From: a bacterium
Lineage (GTDB): Bacteria; Zhuqueibacterota; Zhuqueibacteria; Residuimicrobiales; Krinioviventaceae
Assembly (NCBI GenBank): GCA_963674595.2
Contig: CAXXFV010000029.1
Location: forward strand, 184,600 to 248,599
Reading direction: 5' to 3'
DNA length: 64,000 nucleotides
Part shown: piece by piece, positions 31,106-41,666 of the stretch
Layout of the letters: every line of letters starts with the position of its first letter
How positions within the stretch are numbered: position 1 is the first letter of the stretch
Program-made: the position numbers and the translations under genes
Notes under the pieces: generated by a model
What the model was told of the DNA's origin: nothing
What the model saw: the letters and a program-made list of their open reading frames with translations, nothing else
Database searches by the model: none

Positions 31106-32248
31106 ATGAAAATAAAGATGATACTCATAGCAATGCTGGTAAACATAACCGCACTTTTTGCGCAATATGAATTCACTGCATCGGTACAAAACCAAACAGT
31201 CAACGGCACAGATTTCACCTTTGACATTTATATGCAGCAAACCGGCGCTGAAGCAATCTATCTCGGACAGAGTGATTTTGCCTTTACATTTAACAACGAA
31301 AACTTTACAAGCGCTGCGGCTACTGTCGAGGCAGACCTTTCTCTCTTTTATGGAAGCAGCGCCACAGTTATTTCACCTAACATCATTGTTGTTAATATCA
31401 ATGCACCTGCCCCCGGCAATCAAAGTGAATTCGATGCAATGGTTGCCCAAATGTCAGCGTCCGGAAATGGAAGTTTTATTGCGACAGTTAAAATCAGCAC
31501 AATCTCCAATCCATCCGGCTTTATGGGGCTGGCATGGAGAACTTCCGGCCTTAACAGCACCAAAATAAATCGATTTGACAACAGTGCTCCCTGGGCACAA
31601 TCCAGCATCACCTCAAGCGGCACATACTCTGGTATTTCCGACACCTCCCTGCCAGTGGACATCTCATCCTTCTCTGCAAGATGCGAAGGGCAATCTGTCA
31701 TTATCAACTGGACAACCGAATCTGAAACAGATAATCTGGGATTCATCCTCGAACGGTCTTTGGATAAAACTGTCTGGACAACCATTGCCAGCTACCAAAC
31801 AGACGATGCTTTGAAAGGCCAGGGAAATACCTCCTCTGCCACAGAATATACATTCACCGATTCGAAAATTAAACATGATGCAACCTACGCTTACCGACTT
31901 TCAGATGTGAACACAAACGGCAAGGTCAGCGTGTACTCTTCTCTTAACATCACGGTGGATACGCTTCCGAAAATGACAGACATGGAAAAGGCCTATCCCA
32001 ATCCTTTCAATCCCCAAACGCACATTGCCTATCATCTCGCAAAAGAGGCAGATGTAGAAATCACAGTTTTCAACATACTGGGCCGGCAAATTAAAACATT
32101 ACATTCAGGCAGACAGGTTGCAGGAAGCTATCATGTCTACTGGAACGCCACAAACAATTCAGGAGACAACGTACCCACAGGGACTTTTCTTATCTGTATG
32201 CAAGCTGGTGATATTTATAAAATTCAAAAAGTCCTGTTAATTAAATAA
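31106..32248 (+). CDS. Secreted protein: cohesin-like N-domain, Ig-like 'LPV' linker domain and FlgD/T9SS-type C-terminal domain
   Basis: 'F.FDIYM......LG...F.F.FN'; 'LPV..SSF', 'W.T.SE..N.GF..ERS'; 'YPNPFNP...G.Y...W'. Confidence 0.8.
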   Translation: MKIKMILIAMLVNITALFAQYEFTASVQNQTVNGTDFTFDIYMQQTGAEAIYLGQSDFAFTFNNENFTSAAATVEADLSLFYGSSATVISPNIIVVNINAPAPGNQSEFDAMVAQMSASGNGSFIATVKISTISNPSGFMGLAWRTSGLNSTKINRFDNSAPWAQSSITSSGTYSGISDTSLPVDISSFSARCEGQSVIINWTTESETDNLGFILERSLDKTVWTTIASYQTDDALKGQGNTSSATEYTFTDSKIKHDATYAYRLSDVNTNGKVSVYSSLNITVDTLPKMTDMEKAYPNPFNPQTHIAYHLAKEADVEITVFNILGRQIKTLHSGRQVAGSYHVYWNATNNSGDNVPTGTFLICMQAGDIYKIQKVLLIK

Positions 32249-32310
32249 GGAAAATTTTACAATAGGTTTTGTCAAAAAGGTGGTAATTTACAAGTCGTAG
32301 ACCTTAATTA

Positions 32311-32372
32311 CGCCTTGAGAATTTTTCTCAAGCGCACAATAAGTCAGGATATTTACCCCGGTAAATATCAAT
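32311..32372 (+). repeat. Partial RAYT-derived element (left end)
   Basis: CGCCTTGAGAA..TTCTCAAGCG hairpin, TATTTACCCCG and GTAAATATCAAT. Confidence 0.65.
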
Positions 32373-32561
32373 TATATAAAATACGCATAATTTTCCCGGT
32401 GTGAAAAATATTCATAGCAAATCCGTAAAATCAACCAATAACGGGATTTTTCAAACTTGTTCTCCCGGTTCTTTTGTGGAACGGTTGTTGTAATATTCTA
32501 TTCGATTTGAATGTTTCTCAGGACCATCAAAAAACGATACTAAACCTTAACAGGACTTTTT

Positions 32562-34145
32562 ATGTTAACGAGAAGAGATTTTTTAAAAATTGCGGGAGCA
32601 GCCACCGGTGCAGTTGCCGCCAATCCGTTAAGCGCTTTTAGCTATCCTTTTAAAAGAACGGCAAATTACTTCACAGTTCATCCCTTTATTGAACAAAATC
32701 CCGATGCTGTTTTTATCATGAAGACGAATGTTGATGTAAAGACAAATTCCGAGGCGGTAAAACAGGCTGGTCTTGCGTTCGGACAATCTGTATTTCAGTT
32801 AACAGATGACGACCAAACCGGCGTTCCATTGGACTATATGTTCCCCATTAAACCAAACCTAACATCATGGGCGTGGGATACGCCGCAGGATGCTGATTTT
32901 AAACAGGTGATGGGGGCTGTAACGGATGTAAATTTTGTGGAAGGTGTCATCGAAAGTATGAAAGCGCTTGGCATCAATGCCGAACAATTTTATATTCGCG
33001 ATGCGAATGGCTCTGAAAATTATGACAGGGCCGGTTACAGCGCTATGGGAGAACGTACCGGTGTGGATATCCAGTTAAACGCTCAAAATCCGCAACTGCA
33101 ATGGGTGGATGTCCCCAAAGGCGTGTGGTTTAAACGTATCCCCTATTTATGGCCGATCAACACCCCCAATAGCTGGTTGTTAAACATTGCGAAATTTAAA
33201 GCACATGGAATGGGATTGACATTGAGCGCCAAAAATCTTCAGGGAAGCATTCCGGCCCCTTATGTTTGTCATTGTGCGGCCTGGGGCGCATCAATGGGCA
33301 TGGATCCCGCAGATATACAGCCCAATGCTTTTGACGTGATTGCTGAAAATTATAATCGTCACAGAGATGCGGGAATTCCACGATGGGACGTAGAAGGATT
33401 GGACGTTAACGGCGGTCAGGGAATGGAGACATGGGCCGCGCGCTGCATCGATAATAATTCTGTTTTAAAACCGGGACTAAATGTTATTGAAGGTATCTAT
33501 GGCCGGGATGGAAACGGTTTTTATCAGGGTCCGCATAATGGCGCTGCCCAGGATTTTTTAACCAATATTATTATCTTTGGTAAAAATACTTTTTACGTAG
33601 ATATTATCGGAAAATGGCTTGGCGGACATGAACCGGGAAATTTTGGTCTTTTTCACATCGCCAAAGAACGTAACATGATTGATACCTTTAATCCAAAAGA
33701 AATTTCTTTATACGAATGGAATGCAAACGGACAAGCAACACTTGCTGATCTAGCAAATTTTGAACGCACTGCCCTGCAAACATATTATTTAACAAAGCCG
33801 GGTGAAGATAAATATCATCTTTGCAACGAGCCTTATGATTACAAACCCTCCATTATTGTGGATAATACAACGAGCAAACCGTCAAGTTTTATTCTCCAAC
33901 AAAACTATCCGAATCCGTTTAACGGTTCAACGTCCATTACGTTTACCCTTCCCAGGAGCGGCAGGACACGGTTGGAAATTTTTAACAGCCGGGGTGAAAT
34001 TGTTGATGTCATTGCAGAGGGATATTATCAGCAAGGAACACATTTAGCCCTTTGGAGAAACGATAATTTACCATCAGGTACCTATTTCTATCGATTACGA
34101 TTCGATTCCTTTAATGAAATGAAAAAAATGGTATTGGTAAAATAG
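32562..34145 (+). CDS. Tat-exported DUF362 domain protein with T9SS-type C-terminal tail
   Basis: TRRDFLK; 'IKPN', 'LNIAKFKAH..GLTLSAKNLQG', 'EGIYGRDG.G'; 'QNYPNPFN'. Confidence 0.85.
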   Translation: MLTRRDFLKIAGAATGAVAANPLSAFSYPFKRTANYFTVHPFIEQNPDAVFIMKTNVDVKTNSEAVKQAGLAFGQSVFQLTDDDQTGVPLDYMFPIKPNLTSWAWDTPQDADFKQVMGAVTDVNFVEGVIESMKALGINAEQFYIRDANGSENYDRAGYSAMGERTGVDIQLNAQNPQLQWVDVPKGVWFKRIPYLWPINTPNSWLLNIAKFKAHGMGLTLSAKNLQGSIPAPYVCHCAAWGASMGMDPADIQPNAFDVIAENYNRHRDAGIPRWDVEGLDVNGGQGMETWAARCIDNNSVLKPGLNVIEGIYGRDGNGFYQGPHNGAAQDFLTNIIIFGKNTFYVDIIGKWLGGHEPGNFGLFHIAKERNMIDTFNPKEISLYEWNANGQATLADLANFERTALQTYYLTKPGEDKYHLCNEPYDYKPSIIVDNTTSKPSSFILQQNYPNPFNGSTSITFTLPRSGRTRLEIFNSRGEIVDVIAEGYYQQGTHLALWRNDNLPSGTYFYRLRFDSFNEMKKMVLVK

Positions 34146-34329
34146 TATCTTTTGCCCGAGTTGGAAAAAATTCTCCGAACCGGCAAAACATACTGTAGAA
34201 TTTTCAGAATTTATATTGATGAATAATGTTGAAAACGTTAAATTGGCAGAATAAGAACAATAGTGTTTGCCCACATAGACTTGCTGAATCAACACCAGCC
34301 ATCCAAAATTTAATGAACAAAGGGAAAAA

Positions 34330-34582
34330 ATGACGGAAAAAGAATTAGCAGAATTAACGGACGAAGAATTGTTGCAAAAAGCAAAAAAAAATGAAATCAA
34401 CTTCCATAACAAATGCCGTACTGGTTGGATTTCTGATAGGAATAATATTTTACAGCATTTTAAAAAACAGTTTAGGATTTTTTACACTAATCCCTTTATT
34501 TATAGCATACAAATTGATTAATAATTCAAAAGATGATAATAAAGAATTAGAAAATCTTTTAAAAGAACGAAATTTAAAATAA
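34330..34582 (+). pseudogene. Small two-TM hypothetical protein split by a frameshift in an A9 run
   Basis: MTEKELAELTDEELLQKAKK joins MKSTSITNAVLVGFLIG... across the poly-A at 34383-34391. Confidence 0.7.
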
Positions 34583-34642
34583 GAAACAGCAAAAAATTGT
34601 CAAAACCGTAATGAAATCATTATAAAGATTGAATGATTCTGA

Positions 34643-34800
34643 TCGCTTTGGTAAAAATTTCCCAGGCGAAATGAATCAGGTTTTTACCCCGATAACAAAA
34701 GCTTTAATCATGTAAATATTAATACAGACCCGTTATCTGAGAACGAATCAAAGAACATGCCCTGCTTTATTTAACGCCCTGGGATAAATTTTCAGGGGCC
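34643..34800 (+). mobile_element. Miniature RAYT-derived element, copy 2
   Basis: Left hairpin CGCTTTGG..CCAGGCG, TTACCCCGATAA, tnpA-tail homology, right TTAACGCCCTGG..CAGGGGC. Confidence 0.8.
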
Positions 34801-34868
34801 GGTAAAGTATTAATTAAACAATGGGGCAAAAGCCCGGTTTATAACAGGCATACATTAGAGGTGTTGAA

Positions 34869-35954
34869 ATGAAAACTATTATTTCTATTATAGCATGTTT
34901 CATTTTATTTAGTTTTTGTTATTGTGAGCGGGAATCAGTAACGGCTATTAATTCTGATAATGCAGGCACTGGAAGTATAACATTTTCATTTAAAAAAAAT
35001 AATAGTGCCGATGGTGTTTGTAAAATTATTTTGGCCCTGTCAAGGACCGGTTTTGCGACAATTAATGATACTGTTGCCGTTACCAATGAAAACACAAGCA
35101 TGGTGTTTATTTCAAGCATTCCATTGGGTACATGGCAATTAAACGTTGATGGTGTGGATAATAACAACGCCGTATTATATAGCGGGCAAACAGAAGTCGA
35201 AATACAAGCGAATCAAACGACACAAGTAGATTTAACCCTTCGACCGGCCACAGGCTCTATTAATATTAACATTCAGTGGGGTAATAATGCGGGTAAAGCC
35301 GTTTATTTTACGAATGGTGAAAATTATATCAAGGTTAATAACTCACCTTTGCTTAATAATATGACAGATCAACTCACATTGGAAGCCTGGGTAAAACCGA
35401 TTAATCAATATTATAACTATATAATAAATAAAACAGGTCACCAATATACAATGGAACTGATAAACGGCTTAAGGCCGGCATTTAGATTTGATGGTCTAAC
35501 AGTTGATTATAATGACATGAATGATTATTGGGGACGGATCGTATTAAACACAACAATACCCGAAAATGAATGGACTCACATTGCGTATTCATATAACAGT
35601 ATGGAATCAAACGTTGATATATTTATTAACGGGGAACTTTATCAAACTCTTTATTCAACAGGTTTATTACAAACAAACACAGGAGATTTGTTAATAGGTG
35701 CCTATCTAAGTGATAATTATCGTTTATTCTACAAAGGTTATATTGATGAAGTTCGGATTTGGAACGTATCACGTTCTCAAAGTGAAATACAAGAAAACAT
35801 GGCTTGTCCGCTTGAAGGAAATGAAGACGGACTCGTTGCTTATTGGCGTTTTGATGAAATAGTTGATAATAATATAGTTGTAGACAAATCAGGAAATCAT
35901 AACAATGGTTATATTGTCGGAGAATTAAACCTGGCAGATTCTTTTGCATTTTGA
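34869..35954 (+). CDS. LamG/concanavalin-like domain lipoprotein
   Basis: 'TLEAWVKP', 'WTHIA..Y', 'IFING', 'G.IDEVRIWN..RS..EI', 'GLVAYWRFDE', 'DKSGN'. Confidence 0.85.
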   Translation: MKTIISIIACFILFSFCYCERESVTAINSDNAGTGSITFSFKKNNSADGVCKIILALSRTGFATINDTVAVTNENTSMVFISSIPLGTWQLNVDGVDNNNAVLYSGQTEVEIQANQTTQVDLTLRPATGSININIQWGNNAGKAVYFTNGENYIKVNNSPLLNNMTDQLTLEAWVKPINQYYNYIINKTGHQYTMELINGLRPAFRFDGLTVDYNDMNDYWGRIVLNTTIPENEWTHIAYSYNSMESNVDIFINGELYQTLYSTGLLQTNTGDLLIGAYLSDNYRLFYKGYIDEVRIWNVSRSQSEIQENMACPLEGNEDGLVAYWRFDEIVDNNIVVDKSGNHNNGYIVGELNLADSFAF

Positions 35955-36099
35955 AATAAACTTGTTCCGCACACAGAGACTCCTTGCCAAGTGCGTAATT
36001 AGTAGTATGCAGTGTTCCCCTGCGGCGCCCGATAAAAAACATGAGAAAATATTCACACAAAAAGAAAAAAAAGCATCAATAGATAAAAGGTTTTACAAT

Positions 36100-36729
36100 A
36101 TGTCTTTCAAGTTCATACTGCTGTTTTCAACAACTGTTTTTGTTGCCTCAATAATACCGGGGCCAAGTATGTTATTAGCCTTAACCCATGGTATGCATTA
36201 CGGAGCGAGACGAACCATCGCCTCTGCTATGGGGAATATTACAGTAACCCTCATTCAAGCGTCTGTTTCCATTGCAGGGTTAGGCGCCATTTTAATTGCT
36301 TCTGAAACAATATTTCAATTAATTAAATTGGCAGGAGCGGCATATCTTATCTATATGGGAATCGTCATATTACGATCACCAAAAATGTCGTTATCGCCGA
36401 TTAAAGCCGGAGATTCCACAAAAGGTAACTCTTTAAAAAGGATGTATCTGCAGGCTGCATTTGTTACGGCGGGGAACCCCAAAGCAATTGTATTTTTTAC
36501 AGCCGTTTTTCCTCAATTTATTGATCCTGATGCCGGCTTTTTAACTCAATCCTGCACGCTTTTGAGCATTGGCGCTTTTATAGCGTTTAGCTGTTTTATG
36601 ATTTATGCAATGGCCGGCCAAAAGATAGTTTCGCTGTTTTCCCAGGCCACTGTTGGAAAATATATAAAAAGAGTTATTGGCGGCACTTTTATTGGAGCAG
36701 GTATTGGCCTTGCTGTAAGCAGCAAATAA
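36100..36729 (+). CDS. LysE/RhtB family amino-acid exporter
   Basis: 'IPGPS', 'K..GAAYLIYMG', 'NPKAIVFF.A.FPQF'. Confidence 0.92.
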   Translation: MSFKFILLFSTTVFVASIIPGPSMLLALTHGMHYGARRTIASAMGNITVTLIQASVSIAGLGAILIASETIFQLIKLAGAAYLIYMGIVILRSPKMSLSPIKAGDSTKGNSLKRMYLQAAFVTAGNPKAIVFFTAVFPQFIDPDAGFLTQSCTLLSIGAFIAFSCFMIYAMAGQKIVSLFSQATVGKYIKRVIGGTFIGAGIGLAVSSK

Positions 36730-36931
36730 AAAACAAAACACAATATAAAGCAATTTTGCTCATCCGGGGATTCCGTTCTCCGGTTATAAATGACAAGGAG
36801 TACCTGCTCCATATTGCTCACCTTGAGAGTGTTTTCCAAGACGTGGTCGAGCAGGATATTTACGCTCTATAAAATTTACGAAAAAATAATTTCTCCCCTT
36901 TGCCCTTTTTTCAACATTTTTCAAAAACAGC

Positions 36932-37140
36932 TTGCCTGGATTTTTTATAATTTGTATAATTCATTTGTCAGCAAAAGGGACCGTTATTCAGGATGATATG
37001 GGTGTTCCTGGATTGCCTCTTACTGATTTATAATTTCATCTTAAAAAACGGGTTTTAACAACACACACGAGGAAGAGATTTCGCCGGTTATCAAATTATA
37101 TTCCTGTGGTCTCACTTGTAAATGATTAGGCTGGATGCGT
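36932..37140 (+). ncRNA. Dispersed promoter-bearing structured element, copy 2
   Basis: TTGCCT-N17-TATAAT; GTCAG/CTGAT and GGGAC/GTTCC stems; AACACACACGAGGAAGAGATT block; homology to copy 1 starts about 30 nt upstream of the -35. Confidence 0.65.
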
Positions 37141-37316
37141 TAAGTATCCCGGTTACCAGTTCTGTTTTGCAGCAGGATAATTTTATTCCTTGTAAAAAAC
37201 AGATATGTTCCCATATGGAAATATAGAATTTGCCGGTAAAAATTAACAATATTGGTTTTATAATAATTGAGTGCTATGCTAAACAAATAATTGAATTCAC
37301 AGGGAGATTTAAGACG

Positions 37317-38333
37317 ATGAAACAGACATGGAAATCCGGCAGCATCACATTATTAATTTTTATTCTATTTTTACTTTCCGGTCCGGCAAATGCTCAACAG
37401 GATATCGACACAAATAACGATATTGAAAAATGGAAAGGGAAAAAACCGGCTTTAATATTAAAAGAAAATAAAACCAAAGTAATAACCGGAAAAATTATTA
37501 AAGTTGATGAAAACGGAGTGATATTCGATCCAAAAAAGGAAAGTCTGTTTTATAATCCTCCGCAAAAGTTTTACTCATTTGATGAAATTGAAACACTGGT
37601 TGGTAACAATGGTAAATATATTATCAATCAGGGTAAACGAATTGGTGAAAATTACGAGTCGGCGCAACAGGCCAGGAGACCGACCCAAAGAAGTAAAAGT
37701 AGTAAAAGTAGAAGTAAAAAATCTTTTTCTCATAAATTCAGGTTTAATGCAGAATATGGATATAGCTCGCTCAGAATAAAACCGGAAGACAATATTGATC
37801 CCATTTTCAAGGATTATGTAAATGAATTAAAATCAGGCAGCAATTTTAGTATGGATGTCTGTTGTTTTGTTTCTTACTATTATGGAGTTGGACTTGTATA
37901 CTCAAATTTTTCAACATCCGGTTTTATTGACGGAATTTATGCGGTGGATATTACCACAGGCAGAGAGTTAGGTCCCGGTAGGATTGAAGACAACATAACA
38001 GTATCTTTTATTGGTCCAGCTTTTTTTGAAAGAAAAGCGTTAATTCCGCAAAAATTACTGCTTATTTCCAATATAGCTATTGGCCGTATATCCTATGTTA
38101 ATGACGGCACGATTATAACGGAACCGGTTACAATAAAGGGAAATACTATCGGTTTTAGTGGGGCAATCGGATTAGATTTTTTTATAGCTAAAGATTTTGC
38201 AATTGGTATAGATTTTTCATACCTGATTGGAAAAATCGGCAAATACAAAATTAACAATCAAACCGTCGATCTTGAAGAAGATGAAAGTATGAATCGCTGG
38301 GATTTTAATATAGGTTTAAAATATTATCTTTAA
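37317..38333 (+). CDS. Outer-membrane beta-barrel protein
   Basis: Signal peptide; alternating aromatic/Gly strands; C-terminal 'FNIGLKYYL'. Confidence 0.75.
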   Translation: MKQTWKSGSITLLIFILFLLSGPANAQQDIDTNNDIEKWKGKKPALILKENKTKVITGKIIKVDENGVIFDPKKESLFYNPPQKFYSFDEIETLVGNNGKYIINQGKRIGENYESAQQARRPTQRSKSSKSRSKKSFSHKFRFNAEYGYSSLRIKPEDNIDPIFKDYVNELKSGSNFSMDVCCFVSYYYGVGLVYSNFSTSGFIDGIYAVDITTGRELGPGRIEDNITVSFIGPAFFERKALIPQKLLLISNIAIGRISYVNDGTIITEPVTIKGNTIGFSGAIGLDFFIAKDFAIGIDFSYLIGKIGKYKINNQTVDLEEDESMNRWDFNIGLKYYL

Positions 38334-38369
38334 AATTTCACGAGTATCTTGTAAATTATTATTTTCTAC

Positions 38370-38397
38370 CCGCTCAAGGATTGCTTTCCCTGAGCGG
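38370..38397. repeat. REP-like hairpin related to the RAYT ends
   Basis: CCGCTCAAGGA..TCCCTGAGCGG, 36 nt after a stop codon. Confidence 0.45.
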
Positions 38398-38449
38398 AAA
38401 ACAGGAGTAACTATCCCCTCTTTAATCAGCTTCCAACATTAATATGACC

Positions 38450-38769
38450 TTTACCCGGATAAAGAGTGCCGAGTGAAAACGGCCGTATTCTGCTTTACCA
38501 TTAAAGGTATGGAACCTTCGGATATCGGGTATATCCTTTAAAATAATTTCGGTATCGTGGTACGCTCCGGACTGCATGGCGCACCGCTTATCCACAAACA
38601 TATCGGCACATTTCCGATCGGCTCCGTTCGTGTCAATCCGTCACATCTCACCAGTGATGATGAAATAGAGGCATTTACCGATGCCGTACATTTAAAAAAT
38701 CCCGGGGAATACCCGGCTGATATGTTTATTAAAAATATAGAAAAAATCAGGGAGCACAACCAGTCGTAA
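38450..38769 (+). pseudogene. C-terminal remnant of a class V aminotransferase/cysteine desulfurase
   Basis: FTIKGMEPSDIGYIL*NNFGIVVRSGLHGAPLIH...GSVRV; matches R-x-G-x-H-C-A-P with Cys changed to Gly; in-frame TAA; no 5' half. Confidence 0.8.
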
Positions 38770-39054
38770 CAGCAGGCGTTACTTGCCGGATTAAATTGTG
38801 GGACCCGGCAAATATACGATTTGATCCAGTAAGTTCACCCGCCAAAACAGGTTACACTAAAAATCATTATGGTTTGCCCCTGTTCAGTAAATATCTCTGG
38901 AAAAATATAATTATTTTCCCTTGTAAAATATACAAAAATGTATAAATTGTGGAATAAAAACAATTTAATACTAATTTAGAATAGAAACCGACAATTTATC
39001 CGAACCTGGTGCGTACAAACCAGAGAGTATAACCTGGGTTACAGGAGACGGCGC

Positions 39055-39429
39055 ATGCCTTTTAAAATCGTATTTTTAGAAAATGATGGTATAGTCCACG
39101 TTACCTATTCCGGGACAGTGACTAAAGACAATCACTATTCGGCGTTAAAAGAAGCACTCGAATTATGCGCAGAAAAAAAATCCACAAAATTGCTTGTTGA
39201 TTTTTCGAAACTGAACGAAGCAAAACTTTCCACTTTGGACGCATTTTCATTAGCTGAACACATCTCAACAATAAAACCAGTCATGCATATCGCCCATGTA
39301 TACACCAAACAACGCAAATACCACGAAAATATAAAATTTGCATCCAGCGTTGAAACCAATAGAGGCAAGATAACAGGAGAATTTAAAAGCGTTAAAGATG
39401 CATTGACCTGGCTGCGCAGCATTGGATAA
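39055..39429 (+). CDS. STAS/SpoIIAA-like (SEC14-like) small protein
   Basis: 'V.YSG.V', 'LLVDFS', C-terminal 'F.S..DA..WL'; AGGAG RBS. Confidence 0.75.
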   Translation: MPFKIVFLENDGIVHVTYSGTVTKDNHYSALKEALELCAEKKSTKLLVDFSKLNEAKLSTLDAFSLAEHISTIKPVMHIAHVYTKQRKYHENIKFASSVETNRGKITGEFKSVKDALTWLRSIG

Positions 39430-39598
39430 AGCCGGCCCCATTAAAACAGAAAATTGTTTAAAAACAATTTCATTATGATTATCCAGGGGATTATTTTAAA
39501 CTTTTTAAAAAAAGTCGTAAGCATTTTACTTGTTTTGGCGCTATAAAAATATGTGAAAATCGGGAATCCGGATAATAACTAAGAAAAGGGAGCGTAGA

Positions 39599-41395
39599 AT
39601 GATTTCGAAAAAAACTGGTCTCGTATGGAACCTCATCTCGTTTTGTATCATCATTTTAACCATTTCTGCATCAGCACAAGATCCCGGAACAAACACATTT
39701 ACAGGAGCGGTAAACGCTAACTGGTATGAACCCGGCAACTGGAGCGAAGGACATTGTCCGACTTACAGCGATTATGTGCTTATTCCGGAAGGTAAAACCG
39801 TTGCTATCAATACAGAGGGAGATAGAATTGATGCAAAGAATATTACAAATAATGGAACCATAAAAATTGAAAAAACCTCGTTTCAATCAATAGCTAGTAT
39901 CAATGCCGGTAACTATTTTACAAATAACGGGACCATTGAAGGTGACGATATTTATCTCACGATAACCGGATATAAGAACTTTGATAACAGAGGAACGATT
40001 AAAAGCAATGACACTGTTAAAATATTCTCGTCCGGAAAAGCAACCAATTTGGAAGCCGGAAAGATAACCGGAGGATCTCTTGAAATTTTTGGACTTAAAG
40101 GTATTGATAATAAAGGAGAGATGGTATCCGGCAATGCTACAGACACCAAAGAAGCCGGACACATTAACCTGTACGCAGGCGGCGAAGAGTATGAATCCGG
40201 TGATATAAATAATTGGGGAATGATCCGCCTGGGTAACGGTGGATCAAATAGCAGAGGCGGTAAAGCACATATTACAGCAAAAAATGTCAACTGTTTTCCG
40301 GGCAGTTATCTTTTCGGAGGGATGGGAGCGGTATTCGGCGGTATTATTCGTATCAACGTTCGAGGTAAACTTGTTATCGCCGGAGAGTCTGCCACCGGAA
40401 CAGGAATTCCGGCTGTTAAAAATCCAGCCAATCAAACCGAATTTGTAAATCTGGACGACTATACTTATTATAAAATGACGGGTGACACCATTATTTTTGC
40501 CGGGGCTATCACAAACACCTATGGCGACTATATTTTGGCCCGGGCCAATGTAATTAAATTCGAAGCTGCCACCGGCAGCAATGTGTTAATGGCGGAAAAC
40601 GGCATAACACTGGAAACCCCGCCGGGAGGAACCATTGATTTTTCCGGACTCACCACTGAAAATTCCATCTCCACAACCAGTGATTCCATATTTCTGTACA
40701 GCGACTACATCGTCCCCCCTGCCGCCGGCATCGGCAGCATTTCCGAACAGCCTGTAGTGCCGCAAGCCGCTAATGATGAACAGGTCGATGCAGAGCTGTT
40801 GTGCTTGGGACAAAAACATGCTACATTAACAGCAGACACAGTGATATATAACCTTCAAAATACCGGAACGAAAGAACAGAGTTTTAGCTATTCTGTTTCT
40901 TCAGAACTGGGTTCCTGCACAGCAGAAGGCAGCACCCCGGTATTAGGTCCCTTTGAATCAACCATTCTGGAAGTACTTCTCTACAGACCGGAAAACGTAA
41001 CAACAGACACCCTTGATACCCTGACCCTGACAGTTTCAGGCGATAACGATTTTTCCACATCACTAACGACAACTGTTTCTATCTCAAAGGACATAATCAT
41101 CAGTGATGTTCCTGAAAAAGCAGCCATGCCGGAAAACTATTTTATGGTCCGCACGTTTCCAAATCCGTTTAATCCGGCAACAAACGTCGTGTTTAATCTG
41201 GATAAATTACAAAACGTATCCTTTAAAGTTGTAAATGTTATGGGCAAGGTGGTATATCAACAAAAACTGGGACGATTAAATGCCGGTGAACACACTATAT
41301 CCTGGGACGGGTCTCAATATGCTTCCGGTACCTATTATATGGTCATTGAAACCGAATCCGCAAAATGTGTAACAAAAGCGTTAATGCTGAAATAA
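39599..41395 (+). CDS. Secreted beta-helix-like protein with T9SS-type C-terminal domain
   Basis: 'W..PGNW....P...D.V.I'; repeated 'N.GTI'; 'FPNPFNP...ASGTYY'. Confidence 0.8.
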   Translation: MISKKTGLVWNLISFCIIILTISASAQDPGTNTFTGAVNANWYEPGNWSEGHCPTYSDYVLIPEGKTVAINTEGDRIDAKNITNNGTIKIEKTSFQSIASINAGNYFTNNGTIEGDDIYLTITGYKNFDNRGTIKSNDTVKIFSSGKATNLEAGKITGGSLEIFGLKGIDNKGEMVSGNATDTKEAGHINLYAGGEEYESGDINNWGMIRLGNGGSNSRGGKAHITAKNVNCFPGSYLFGGMGAVFGGIIRINVRGKLVIAGESATGTGIPAVKNPANQTEFVNLDDYTYYKMTGDTIIFAGAITNTYGDYILARANVIKFEAATGSNVLMAENGITLETPPGGTIDFSGLTTENSISTTSDSIFLYSDYIVPPAAGIGSISEQPVVPQAANDEQVDAELLCLGQKHATLTADTVIYNLQNTGTKEQSFSYSVSSELGSCTAEGSTPVLGPFESTILEVLLYRPENVTTDTLDTLTLTVSGDNDFSTSLTTTVSISKDIIISDVPEKAAMPENYFMVRTFPNPFNPATNVVFNLDKLQNVSFKVVNVMGKVVYQQKLGRLNAGEHTISWDGSQYASGTYYMVIETESAKCVTKALMLK

Positions 41396-41406
41396 ATAGT
41401 TTGAAT

Positions 41407-41432
41407 ACCGGGCCCCTGGTCAGGGTCCGGTA
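41407..41432 (+). terminator. Stem-loop after gene
   Basis: TACCGGGCCC..GGGTCCGGTA inverted repeat. Confidence 0.55.
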
Positions 41433-41666
41433 AACCTGTTAAAAATACAAAAAAACAAAATAGAGAAGTAAATAATATAGTTATTATTATATTATGGACA
41501 GGTAACGAATATTCTATTCTATTCTATTCAACCCCGGCTCGGTAAAGAAATTAATTTTCAGAGCTATACTCCAGTCTATTCCACAATTCTATGATCCGCA
41601 ACCTTGCAACAGCTTTGAATGTTATACCTAATTTTTAAGGGACTAACAAAGTAAGGAAACAGGACC

